This document shows, piece by piece, positions 25,272 to 34,476 of a DNA stretch of 64,000 bases. The DNA comes from Bacteroidales bacterium (GTDB lineage: Bacteria > Bacteroidota > Bacteroidia > Bacteroidales > P3). The notes beneath the pieces are model-generated. The model did not search any database. It saw nothing but the letters and a program-made list of their open reading frames with translations, and had not been told where the DNA came from. A program made the translations under genes and the position numbers. The stretch spans positions 7,994 to 71,993 of the forward strand of contig WQWA01000005.1 of the NCBI GenBank assembly GCA_009785505.1, read 5' to 3'. Position 1 is the first letter of the stretch; the number at the start of each line of letters is the position of its first letter.

Positions 25272-27416
25272 TTACCTTGCTCGTAATGTCATTTCTTGAA
25301 TCAAATGTCTCGCACCTGCGAATTTGTCAATGATGAACAACACGTAACGGATATCCGCATGGATCGCCCGTGCATTTTCTCCAAGGAAAATAGTGCCGCC
25401 CGTTGATTCCCGGTTTCCACTGAAAACAAGTCCGATGATTTCGCCATCGGCATTCAGTAAAGCGCTTCCGGAGTTTCCGCCTATGATATCGTTGTTCGTG
25501 ATAAAGTTCACGATAACATTTCCGTCTTCGGCATAAATTCCAAAATCTCTGTTTTCATAAAGTTCTCGCAATCTCGCAGGAACAACAAATTCGTGGCAAT
25601 CCGGATTTTCTTTTTCCATTACACCCGTAAGCGTAGTTCTGTAACTGAAAAGAACTCCGTCTTCAGGAGCATAGCCCAAGATTTGTCCGTACGTTAGACG
25701 CATGGTCGAATTTGCATTCGGGGCAATCAAGCGGTCAGGATTCATTTGTCGGTAACCTTGTACAAACAAGCGGTTGGCTCTGCGTAATTTTTCGTTCGTC
25801 GGCTCAAGAGTTGCCGTCATTTTTCTTCCATGTTCGGTAAAAATTCGTGCTAATTTGAATGCTTGATCATTTTCAAAAGTAATTTTATTTGGATTATTCA
25901 AAAACGCCAATGCTCCTTCCCTACTCGCAAACACACTCGTGTGAAGTTCTCGTGCCATGCTTGCAAAGTCATTTCTATTTTGCTGAACCCATGCCACAAA
26001 TTCTTCCGGTTGCTGATTGCTCGGAACTCTTTCGGAATATAGTCTCAACATAGCTTCCGTGTTCCTTAGCTCCAAAGCCGGATAAGAATTTCCAAAAATG
26101 CGCTCAACGGCATTTGTTATGCGCTCGATTACGCCTAACATTTGCGCCTCTGCGTACTCATTACCTTCCTCTTGTCTTTGCAATTCTGCCTGAAGAGTTG
26201 CAAACTGATTTGCGACCATAAAAGGCTCAATATTTCCGATTGCCTCGGCTTGAAAACGAACTGCAAATTCGTAGTGGTTAAACATTTGATAAGCTCTTTC
26301 AATATCGGAGAGCACGTTGGCAAATTGCGGATTTTGTCTAGCAAATTCACGAAAATCGTTTTCAATTTGTATTTTTTTATCAACAATTCCGTATTTTTTC
26401 AGTTGTTCTGTTTGTGCAATACTGTTTTTCCAAAGATTTGCAATCCCTAAATATCTGCCTGCATAAAGCCATCTGATGTCAGGATATGTTTCAGCAAATT
26501 CATCGATGATTCCTAATCTTTCGGTTCGAACCTCAATAACTGTCGGATGTCTGAATTCAAGCAAATGGTTGAGTCTAAAAGATGTTGCAAAGCGGTCTGT
26601 TCTGCCCGGAAAGCCCAAAATCATAGCAAAATCGCCATCATTAATACCGTCGAGCGAAATCGGGAGATAATGTCTCGATCTCATCGGAATATTTTCTTCC
26701 GCGAATGGCGCCGGACTTCCATCAGGGGCAGTATAAATTCTGAATAAGGCTAAATCACCGACATGTCGCGGCCAAGTCCAATTGTCGGTACTGCCGCCAA
26801 ACATTCCGATTGAATTTGGTGGTGCTCCTACCAAGCGAACGTCTAAAAATGTTTCAAAAACTTGTAAGAAGAATTCATTACCTTCGAAAAATGCCCTAAC
26901 TTGTGCAGTATAATGCGTTCCTTCAACAGCTCTATTCTCAATTTCTGTCGAAATTCTGCGAATCTGCTCATCGCGCTCGCCTTCCGTCATTTCGTTGTTT
27001 AATGTTGCTAAAATCTCTTCGGTTACATCTTCCACGCGAATCAAAAAACGAGCAAACAGTCCCGGATTGGCCAATTCTTCTTCTTTCGACATCGCCCAGA
27101 AACCATCTTGCATAAGGTTGTTTTCTAATGTCGAATGTGCTTGAATTTGGCTGCGTCCACAGTGATGGTTGGTCAGAACCAAGCCGTATGGTGAAATCAA
27201 TGTACCGGTACAAAATCCACCAAAGTGAACGACAGCGTCTTTCAAACTTGTCTGGTTTATACTGTAAATCTCTTCTGCAGTAAGCCTCAAGCCAAGGCGC
27301 TGCATGTTTTCAATATTTTGTTCCAACAACATTGGAATCCACTTGCCTTCGTTCGCATGCATTTGCGAGGATAGCAAAATAAAAAGTGCAATGAATAGTT
27401 TGACTGTTTTTTTCAT
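25272..27416 (-). CDS. S46-family dipeptidyl-peptidase (DPP7/DPP11 type)
   Basis: GGFCTGTLISPYGLVLTNHHCG (catalytic His) and IIGGNSGSALLN (catalytic Ser). 714 aa with a signal peptide. Confidence 0.9.
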   Translation of the reverse strand: MKKTVKLFIALFILLSSQMHANEGKWIPMLLEQNIENMQRLGLRLTAEEIYSINQTSLKDAVVHFGGFCTGTLISPYGLVLTNHHCGRSQIQAHSTLENNLMQDGFWAMSKEEELANPGLFARFLIRVEDVTEEILATLNNEMTEGERDEQIRRISTEIENRAVEGTHYTAQVRAFFEGNEFFLQVFETFLDVRLVGAPPNSIGMFGGSTDNWTWPRHVGDLALFRIYTAPDGSPAPFAEENIPMRSRHYLPISLDGINDGDFAMILGFPGRTDRFATSFRLNHLLEFRHPTVIEVRTERLGIIDEFAETYPDIRWLYAGRYLGIANLWKNSIAQTEQLKKYGIVDKKIQIENDFREFARQNPQFANVLSDIERAYQMFNHYEFAVRFQAEAIGNIEPFMVANQFATLQAELQRQEEGNEYAEAQMLGVIERITNAVERIFGNSYPALELRNTEAMLRLYSERVPSNQQPEEFVAWVQQNRNDFASMARELHTSVFASREGALAFLNNPNKITFENDQAFKLARIFTEHGRKMTATLEPTNEKLRRANRLFVQGYRQMNPDRLIAPNANSTMRLTYGQILGYAPEDGVLFSYRTTLTGVMEKENPDCHEFVVPARLRELYENRDFGIYAEDGNVIVNFITNNDIIGGNSGSALLNADGEIIGLVFSGNRESTGGTIFLGENARAIHADIRYVLFIIDKFAGARHLIQEMTLRAR

Positions 27417-27438
27417 TTTTTTATGATTTTTTTATATA

Positions 27439-28530
27439 TTAAACGTATTTTTCACCTTTCTCAATAGCGACATCGGCTACAAATTGTCGAATATGCTGTT
27501 CGTCTTCCTTTCTGCAGATTAGCAAAATACCACTATCTTCAGCAACAATGTAATCCTCCAAACCTTGAATTACGGCAAGCTTATCTTTCGGAAAATTGAT
27601 GATACAATTTTTCGATCCGTACAGCAATACATTCCGCCCAATAACAGCATTTTGATTTTTATCTTTCGGGAGGTGCTCATAGAGAGACCCCCACGTTCCT
27701 AAGTCCGACCAACCGAATTCAGAAGCAAGCACATACACATTCTCGGCTTTTTCCATGATACCATAGTCGATGGAGATATTTTTACACATCGGATAGGTTT
27801 TTTCAATAAAATCGCGTTCTTCGGGTGTGTTGTAATATGGAAGTCCCGATTGAAACAGTTCGTCGATTTCCGGCAAGAACTGCTTAAACGCTTTCATCGA
27901 ATTTTTCAATTTCCAAATAAAAATTCCTGCATTCCAGAGAAAATCCCCGCTTTGCAGAAATTTTTTGGCCATGTCCAATTCGGGTTTTTCAGTAAATGTT
28001 TTCACTTTTTTCAAACGATTGTCTTTGGCATAGATTTCGTTTTCATCGAACTGAATGTAGCCATAGCCTGTATTCGGACTACACGGCTGAATGCCAAGCG
28101 TTATCAACCAATCGTTGTGTGCGGCGGCATCCATCGCCGATAAAATCACATCCGAGAAATCATTTTCTCTCATAATGATATGGTCGGACGGAGCCACCAC
28201 AATCGTAGCATCCGGATTGATTTGATGAATTTTATAATTTGCGTAAGCGATGCACGGTGCAGTGTTGCGGCGGCTCGGTTCACACAAAATCTGAGAATCG
28301 GTAATTTGGGGTAATTGCTGCTTAACTAAATCCCGATAAATCGAATTCGTTGCGATAAAAATATTTTCGGGCGGACAAACTTTCAAAAAACGCTGAAAAG
28401 TGCGTTGCAAAAGACTTTCACCTGTTCCGAGAATATCAATAAACTGCTTGGGTTGCGAAGTTCGGCTCATGGGCCAAAAGCGAGCCCCTACCCCGCCTGC
28501 CATGATAACACAGAAATAATTCTTGTTCAT
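27439..28530 (-). CDS. manC: mannose-1-phosphate guanylyltransferase
   Basis: VIMAGGVGARFWPMSR...PKQF N-terminal nucleotidyltransferase signature. 363 aa with no isomerase domain. Confidence 0.88.
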   Translation of the reverse strand: MNKNYFCVIMAGGVGARFWPMSRTSQPKQFIDILGTGESLLQRTFQRFLKVCPPENIFIATNSIYRDLVKQQLPQITDSQILCEPSRRNTAPCIAYANYKIHQINPDATIVVAPSDHIIMRENDFSDVILSAMDAAAHNDWLITLGIQPCSPNTGYGYIQFDENEIYAKDNRLKKVKTFTEKPELDMAKKFLQSGDFLWNAGIFIWKLKNSMKAFKQFLPEIDELFQSGLPYYNTPEERDFIEKTYPMCKNISIDYGIMEKAENVYVLASEFGWSDLGTWGSLYEHLPKDKNQNAVIGRNVLLYGSKNCIINFPKDKLAVIQGLEDYIVAEDSGILLICRKEDEQHIRQFVADVAIEKGEKYV

Positions 28531-28544
28531 TGTCGGTCATTTTT

Positions 28545-28582
28545 TTCCACAAAGATACAAAAAAAATCGTATCTTTGCAAAA
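28545..28582. promoter_or_regulatory. palindromic bidirectional promoter module
   Basis: TTCCACAAAGATACAAAAAAAATCGTATCTTTGCAAAA lies between the starts at 28530(-) and 28598(+). Confidence 0.6.
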
Positions 28583-28597
28583 AAGAAAACAAAAACA

Positions 28598-29311
28598 ATG
28601 GAAAAAACACCACAGAAACCAAAACCAATTTTATTTGATACACTTTTTGTACTAGCCTTAGCCCTGCTATTTATACCTTTTGCAATCAATGAAACAATGT
28701 ACGGCTGGTTTAAGTTTGCTTCCGATACCTATGCCCTCCCGATGGGTTTCGTAAAGTTCGCTATACTTGCGACCATGGGTGAAATGCTCGGACTTCGCAT
28801 TCGCAAAGGTGTTTACAACGAGCCGGGTTTTGGAATTGCTTCGCGAGCCTTGATTTGGGGCTTTCTCGGTGTTGTAATTACTGCCGCGCTTATGGCATTC
28901 CAAGCGGGCGTTCCTACAGCTCTTTATGGAGCAGATAGTTCGGTTGTTGCTGCGATGTCGGGAAGTTTCAGTAGTTTGAAATTACTCGGTGCATTTTCAA
29001 TCAGCCTGATGCTGAATGATATATTTGCACCGGTTTTTATGGTGTTTCATAAAATTACCGACACACATATTGCACAAACCGGCGGGACATTAAAAGGATT
29101 TTTTACCAACAAACTCGATTTCTCAAATATCCTGCAAAATCTGAATTGGAGCGTACAATGGAAATTCGTATTTATGAAAACCATTCCGTTTTTCTGGGTT
29201 CCTGCACATACCATAACGTTTATTCTTCTACCGGAATTTCAAGTGTTGTTTGCGGCAATGTTAGGGATTGTTTTAGGTGTGATCATGTCGATTGCAGCAA
29301 ATAAAAAATAA
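28598..29311 (+). CDS. multi-pass membrane protein of unknown function (possibly Mpv17/PMP22-like)
   Basis: Several TM segments. The C-terminal IPFFWVPAHTITFILLPEFQVLFAA is reminiscent of Mpv17/PMP22. Start taken at MEKTPQ, after the promoter. Confidence 0.55.
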   Translation: MEKTPQKPKPILFDTLFVLALALLFIPFAINETMYGWFKFASDTYALPMGFVKFAILATMGEMLGLRIRKGVYNEPGFGIASRALIWGFLGVVITAALMAFQAGVPTALYGADSSVVAAMSGSFSSLKLLGAFSISLMLNDIFAPVFMVFHKITDTHIAQTGGTLKGFFTNKLDFSNILQNLNWSVQWKFVFMKTIPFFWVPAHTITFILLPEFQVLFAAMLGIVLGVIMSIAANKK

Positions 29312-29326
29312 AAAATTGCCCCTCTG

Positions 29327-30079
29327 ATGACACTAGAAAAAGAAGTCGACCTTTTCATACCCTGTTGCATTGATCGCTTGGCACCGGAAACAGCGTTCAA
29401 TTTGTTGAAAATTTTTCAAAAATTGGATGTCAAGGTCAACTATAATCATAATCAAACATGTTGCGGACAAACGGCATTCAAAAATGGTTTTTGGGATGAA
29501 GCAAAAGAAGTCGGCGAGAAATTTATTGGCGATTTCAGCAACAAACGATATGTTGTGTCACCATCGGCAAAATGTGTGAGTTATGTCAAAAATTATTACA
29601 CCAAACTATTTCACAATACGGGGTTGCACTTGGAAAACAACGAACTTCACGACAATATCTTTGAAGTGACCGATTTTTTAGTCAATATGATGCGTGTGAC
29701 CGATATCGGCGCAACGTTTAATCACACCGTAACGTTCCACGATTGTTGTAGTGCACTTCGTGAATACGGCATTAAAGAAGAGCCACGAATTTTGCTTAGC
29801 CATGTCAAAGGTTTGGAGCTGATTGAAATGAATAAAACAGAGGAGTGTTGCGGATTTGGTGGCATGTTTGCTATGACATTCGAACCGATTTCCGTGGCAA
29901 TGACACAAAAAAAAATCAATCACGCTTTAGCAACCGGTGCAGAATATATCGTTTCTACAGATATGACCTGTTTGCTCAACATGGAAGCTTATATAAAAAA
30001 ACAAGAACTACCGATTAAGTGTATTCATATTGTGGATGTTTTGGCTTCCGGATTGGATGATAGTTTGATAGTTCTATAG
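29327..30079 (+). CDS. (Fe-S)-binding CCG-domain protein, LutA-like
   Basis: Two Cys-rich CCG-type motifs (FIPCCID...QTCCGQ and FHDCCS...EECCGFGG). Confidence 0.8.
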   Translation: MTLEKEVDLFIPCCIDRLAPETAFNLLKIFQKLDVKVNYNHNQTCCGQTAFKNGFWDEAKEVGEKFIGDFSNKRYVVSPSAKCVSYVKNYYTKLFHNTGLHLENNELHDNIFEVTDFLVNMMRVTDIGATFNHTVTFHDCCSALREYGIKEEPRILLSHVKGLELIEMNKTEECCGFGGMFAMTFEPISVAMTQKKINHALATGAEYIVSTDMTCLLNMEAYIKKQELPIKCIHIVDVLASGLDDSLIVL

Positions 30080-30106
30080 TTTGTAAAATTGTAAAATCAA
30101 AAAATT

Positions 30107-30598
30107 ATGAGAGATATTTTTTTTAAGATTGTCGTTAATGCGGTTTCTGTTTTAGCCGTTGCATGGATGCTTTCGGGCATTCATTTGGAAAATGCGTTTA
30201 CTGCAATTATGGTTGCCATAGTCTTAGCTTTGTTCAATACATTTTTGCGTCCGCTATTGATTGCTTTGACTTTTCAAATTACTGCCATCACGATGGGGCT
30301 GTTTCTTTTGGTTATCAATGCCGGAATTGTCATGCTTGCCGGAGCAATCACGCCCGGCTTCGAAGTAGCTTCATTTTGGACAGCGTTTTGGTTTGGTATT
30401 TTGATGCCGATCATCAGTTTTCTTTTGGGGTTGCCCGAAAAAATTCGTCAGCAACAAATCATTATCAAACGCACCATGAATTTTGACGACCATCCTGCTT
30501 TCAAAGATATGCATCAACAACAGCAATCCGAAAATTCACAGGATTTTCAAGATGCAGAGATTGTGGATGACGATAGCGAAAACAGCGGGGTACGTTAA
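30107..30598 (+). CDS. YvlD/holin_4_2-family membrane protein with acidic Q-rich tail
   Basis: Four hydrophobic segments, with ALFNTFLRPLLIALT typical of this family. C-terminal QQQQSENSQDFQDAEIVDDDSE. Confidence 0.55.
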   Translation: MRDIFFKIVVNAVSVLAVAWMLSGIHLENAFTAIMVAIVLALFNTFLRPLLIALTFQITAITMGLFLLVINAGIVMLAGAITPGFEVASFWTAFWFGILMPIISFLLGLPEKIRQQQIIIKRTMNFDDHPAFKDMHQQQQSENSQDFQDAEIVDDDSENSGVR

Positions 30599-30604
30599 AT
30601 ATCA

Positions 30605-30629
30605 TTTTTTTTTTGTATCTTTGCAAAGC
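30605..30629 (+). promoter_or_regulatory. Bacteroidota-type promoter
   Basis: TTTTTTTTTTGTATCTTTGCAAAGC. The -7 box ends 21 nt upstream of the ATG at 30643. Confidence 0.6.
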
Positions 30630-30642
30630 AAAAAAATAACTC

Positions 30643-32424
30643 ATGAAAAAAACACTCAGTAGAAATATAGCAATCGTCTCGGCAATTTTTATGCTTGTAT
30701 TTTCGGTTATGCTTGTAACCAATTATTTCAAAGTCAGCAACTCAGGTGCTTTGGAAATGATCGAACGTTTGAAACAGGCTAACGAGGAATTCGGCAATGA
30801 TCCGCAACTTCAAGAGCAAATCCGTGAATTGGATTTATTGGCGAGAAGAGCTTATTTTACCAGTGTTGGCAGACTCAGAGCCGGTATCGGCATATTATTG
30901 GTTATGGTTGGCGTTTTTGTGGTTTCTTTGCGAATTTATTTTGACAAAAGCAAAAGTATTCCTGATAAAAACATTGACCCTATTGATAATTGGGCGATTC
31001 AAACTCGAACGAGAAAATATATTACTTGGATAGCAAGCATACTTGTGGCAAGCGGACTTGTTTTTGCTTTGCTAACTTCGCCCTATCTGAGAAATTTAAG
31101 AGCTCAAGAAGCTGAGGAAACCGAATTTGTTGCTTTCTATATGCCGGATTATGACATGCCGGATGTAGAAATTATTGAAGCGACTGAAATTGTTCAAGTG
31201 ACTGAGGAAACTGCTGTTGGAGAAGTTTTAGTTACAGAAACTGCACCTGCTGTCGCTGCTACAACCCAAGTATCAAATGTTACACACAACGCTTTTAGAG
31301 GAAACAGCTCACTTGGAATGAGCGCTGCGCGAAATGTTCCAACTTCGTGGAATCTCGCGACAGGAGAAAATATTTTGTGGAGAGTTCCTATGCCTCGTCA
31401 AGCCTTCAATTCGCCGATTATCAACGGAAACCGAATTTTCTTTACCGGTGCGGATCAAGACGTTCGAGAATTGTTTGCTTTCGAACTAAGTACAGGCAGA
31501 TTATTGTGGAGAGTTCCCGCTGTTAACATTCCCGGTTCGCCAACTACTATGCCTGAAACAACCGATGACACCGGGCTTGGCGCACAAACAGTTGTAACCA
31601 ACGGCAGAGTCGTGGCTGCAATGTTCGGCACAGGCGATGTGATTTGTGTGGATATGGACGGCAATTTGGTTTGGGCGAGAAATGTCGGTGTTCCCGACAT
31701 TGCCTACGGACTCGCATCCTCGTTGCTCATTTTTGGAAACACGTTGATTATTCAGTACGACACGCGCAATTCGCCAAGAGTCATGGCTTTGGATTTGGCA
31801 ACCGGAAACGAAGTTTGGTCAAGAGCACGTCCGGAGCGAAATGCATCGTGGGCAAGCCCTGCCATTATCAGTGTTGAAAATCGTCCGCAATTGATTGTGA
31901 TCGGAAATCCGGGTGTTACATCCTACAATCCGAACAATGGTGCTGTAAATTGGCGTGTAGAAGTGATGTCGGGCGAGCCGGCTCCTGCTCCGGCATTCGC
32001 CAGCGGAGTTCTCGTTGTTGCAACCGAATATGCAACAATGACGGCTATCAATCCTGTTGATGGTTCCATACTTTGGCAAAATAATGAAATTTTACCGGAA
32101 ATTGCAAGCCCTGTAGCATTGAGAGATTTTGTGTTTGTTGCTACAGTTTACGGCGTAGTGGCAAGTTTTGATCTACACACCGGAGAGATAATCAAACAAA
32201 TGGAATTGAATGCGGATTTTAATGCATCGCCAATGATAGTCGAAGGCCGGATTTATTTGGTCTGTACACGCGGAAGAGTATTTATTCTTTCAGCACAACG
32301 CGAATTTGAATTGCTCAATTCTTTCGATACCGGAGAACAAACCTACGCCACTCCTGCGTTTACCGACAGGCAAATTGTAATTCGAACGCAGAGCAGCCTC
32401 TATTCTGTGAAAGTGCCAAACTGA
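30643..32424 (+). CDS. membrane-anchored PQQ-like beta-propeller repeat protein
   Basis: Three N-terminal TM segments and an acidic linker (about 230 aa together), followed by propeller blades. The propeller is related to the 1961..3103 protein (FRGN...W). Confidence 0.7.
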   Translation: MKKTLSRNIAIVSAIFMLVFSVMLVTNYFKVSNSGALEMIERLKQANEEFGNDPQLQEQIRELDLLARRAYFTSVGRLRAGIGILLVMVGVFVVSLRIYFDKSKSIPDKNIDPIDNWAIQTRTRKYITWIASILVASGLVFALLTSPYLRNLRAQEAEETEFVAFYMPDYDMPDVEIIEATEIVQVTEETAVGEVLVTETAPAVAATTQVSNVTHNAFRGNSSLGMSAARNVPTSWNLATGENILWRVPMPRQAFNSPIINGNRIFFTGADQDVRELFAFELSTGRLLWRVPAVNIPGSPTTMPETTDDTGLGAQTVVTNGRVVAAMFGTGDVICVDMDGNLVWARNVGVPDIAYGLASSLLIFGNTLIIQYDTRNSPRVMALDLATGNEVWSRARPERNASWASPAIISVENRPQLIVIGNPGVTSYNPNNGAVNWRVEVMSGEPAPAPAFASGVLVVATEYATMTAINPVDGSILWQNNEILPEIASPVALRDFVFVATVYGVVASFDLHTGEIIKQMELNADFNASPMIVEGRIYLVCTRGRVFILSAQREFELLNSFDTGEQTYATPAFTDRQIVIRTQSSLYSVKVPN

Positions 32425-32429
32425 TATTT

Positions 32430-34472
32430 ATGAAACCAACAGCCCCAAAAACCAATAATCAAATACATTTCAACAAATGGTCGCGTAAAAACTACGCCAT
32501 TTACAACAGTTTGGGCAGACAAATTAAAATTTGTGTTCTAACATTTTGCTGCTCCATTTTGATGCTGAACACATCTGTTTTTGCAAGCGTTTCGGACACT
32601 CGAAAAATTCTGAACGAAGATTCTGATTTTCACGAAGAAATACCTGATACAATTCTTTTGGATGCCACGATAATTCAAGCCGCACCACGACCGATGGTGT
32701 CGTCGCTTTCGCGGGTAGTCGTCAGTTTTGAGAGAGAAGATATACAAAGGTTACCCGTTCGAGACATTCAGCAATTGTTGTCGCACGTTGCCGGAATTGA
32801 CTTGCGAGAACGTGGCGGACACGGCGTTCAAGCCAGCATCAGCATTCGTGGCGGAAGTTTCGATCAAGTGATGATTATGCTTAACGGTGTCAATCTGACC
32901 GATCCGCAAACCGGACATCATAACTTAAATCTCCCGATAGATTTGAGCAGCGTTTATCGCATTGAAATTCTGCAAGGTCCCGGTTCTCGGGTTTTAGGGC
33001 CAAATGCGGCTTCCGGAGCAATCAACATCATCACGATGACGGCAGACACCAATTTAGTTGGTGCAAGGGTGGTTGTTGGTGACCACGATCTTTTCGACTT
33101 GAATGCCCGAACCAATTTAGTTCGTGAGAATTTCAGAATTCATGCGTCCGTCGGAAATTCAAGTTCTGCCGGTTACACGTACAACACAGATTTTGATATT
33201 ACCAGATTGTTTTTGCAAATACAAACGGGAAATTTGCAACGTGGTGAATTTAATTTTCAATCGGGCTATCAACTAAAAGCCTTTGGTGCTAATGGTTTTT
33301 ACGGCCCATCGAATCAATTCCAACGCCTTCGAACGTTTATCAACGCCTTGAGTTATCGCCAAAACTTTGAGCGTATCAATCTGAATGCCAACGTGTACCA
33401 TCGTCGTCATTTTGATCGTTTTGATTGGGTTCGAAATACCCCTCTTAATCACCATCAAACAGATGTAACAGGCGTAAATTTCCGTTCGGAAATATCGTAC
33501 TTCCCTTGGCGGACAACAGTTGGTGGAGAGTTTAGAAGCGAACACATTTTCAGCAGTGTGCTTGGAGAGCCAATGGCAAACAGACGGCGGGTTCCGTTTG
33601 AACGTGACACAGTTTTTTTTACAAGATCCAAACACCGAACGATCGCAAACTGGTTTGTTGAGCAAAGTTTTTTTGCATCAAGATTTAGTGCGTCAATCGG
33701 AGCAATGGGCAGTTTTTCTAATGATTTCGGACATCTCACATGCTTTGGAGCAGATATAAGTTATCAAATTTCTACCAGCTTATCAGTATTTGCTTCCGCA
33801 AATCAAGCATTACGCTTGCCCACGTTTACGGATTTATATTATCGCGATCCCCAAAGTATCGGCGATCCCAATTTGCAACCGGAACGCTCAAACACGTTAG
33901 AAGTAGGTAGTAGATTCAACCGTTCCGGACTTTCTGCGAATATGTCTGTTTTTTACCGCGAAGGGCGAGACGTGATTGATTGGGTGTGGTCACCCGTTGA
34001 TAATATTTTTCAAAGCATGAATCACAGTGAAGTCAATACGTTTGGAGTAGAAACCGATGCTATTTATCGTTTTGCGAACAGCCGGTTTCTACAATCCGTT
34101 CGAGTATCATACGCATATCTGAATATGAGTATGGATAATCTCGGTGCGGAAACATCCGGAATGGGACGACGATTAGACTACTTGCGACACAAATTTGTTG
34201 CAAATGCTCATGCCAGAATTTGGAGAAATTTATACACCTCGTTGAGTTGGAATCATCGGGCAAGAGTGGGTCATTACACCGATTTAACAGGCGAAACACG
34301 AAGGCAGCAACCCATAAATCTGTTTGATGCCAGAGTCGAATGGCGAACAAAAAACTACCAAATTTTCGTTGAAGCAAGCAATTTATTCGACAAACAATAC
34401 TTCGATTTCGTCAATCTAATCCAAGCCGGACGTTGGGTAAAAGCAGGGATTTCCTTACAACTTAGTCGATAG
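32430..34472 (+). CDS. TonB-dependent receptor (680 aa, no CarboxypepD_reg domain)
   Basis: Plug motifs (IRGGSFDQVMIMLNGVNLTDPQTGHHNL) and a barrel with terminal aromatic residues. Starts 5 nt after the preceding gene. Confidence 0.85.
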   Translation: MKPTAPKTNNQIHFNKWSRKNYAIYNSLGRQIKICVLTFCCSILMLNTSVFASVSDTRKILNEDSDFHEEIPDTILLDATIIQAAPRPMVSSLSRVVVSFEREDIQRLPVRDIQQLLSHVAGIDLRERGGHGVQASISIRGGSFDQVMIMLNGVNLTDPQTGHHNLNLPIDLSSVYRIEILQGPGSRVLGPNAASGAINIITMTADTNLVGARVVVGDHDLFDLNARTNLVRENFRIHASVGNSSSAGYTYNTDFDITRLFLQIQTGNLQRGEFNFQSGYQLKAFGANGFYGPSNQFQRLRTFINALSYRQNFERINLNANVYHRRHFDRFDWVRNTPLNHHQTDVTGVNFRSEISYFPWRTTVGGEFRSEHIFSSVLGEPMANRRRVPFERDTVFFTRSKHRTIANWFVEQSFFASRFSASIGAMGSFSNDFGHLTCFGADISYQISTSLSVFASANQALRLPTFTDLYYRDPQSIGDPNLQPERSNTLEVGSRFNRSGLSANMSVFYREGRDVIDWVWSPVDNIFQSMNHSEVNTFGVETDAIYRFANSRFLQSVRVSYAYLNMSMDNLGAETSGMGRRLDYLRHKFVANAHARIWRNLYTSLSWNHRARVGHYTDLTGETRRQQPINLFDARVEWRTKNYQIFVEASNLFDKQYFDFVNLIQAGRWVKAGISLQLSR

Positions 34473-34476
34473 GATT

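Noticed and set aside
30107-30598. A holin-family membrane protein as a marker of a prophage or lysis cassette
   Set aside because: No endolysin, spanin, terminase, capsid, integrase or other phage gene lies nearby. This family (YvlD-like) is widespread as a chromosomal membrane protein.
32425-32429. Cobalamin or other riboswitch upstream of the BtuB-sized TonB receptor
   Set aside because: The intergenic gap is only 5 nt. The 44 nt upstream of the preceding gene hold just a promoter box, so there is no room for a riboswitch aptamer.
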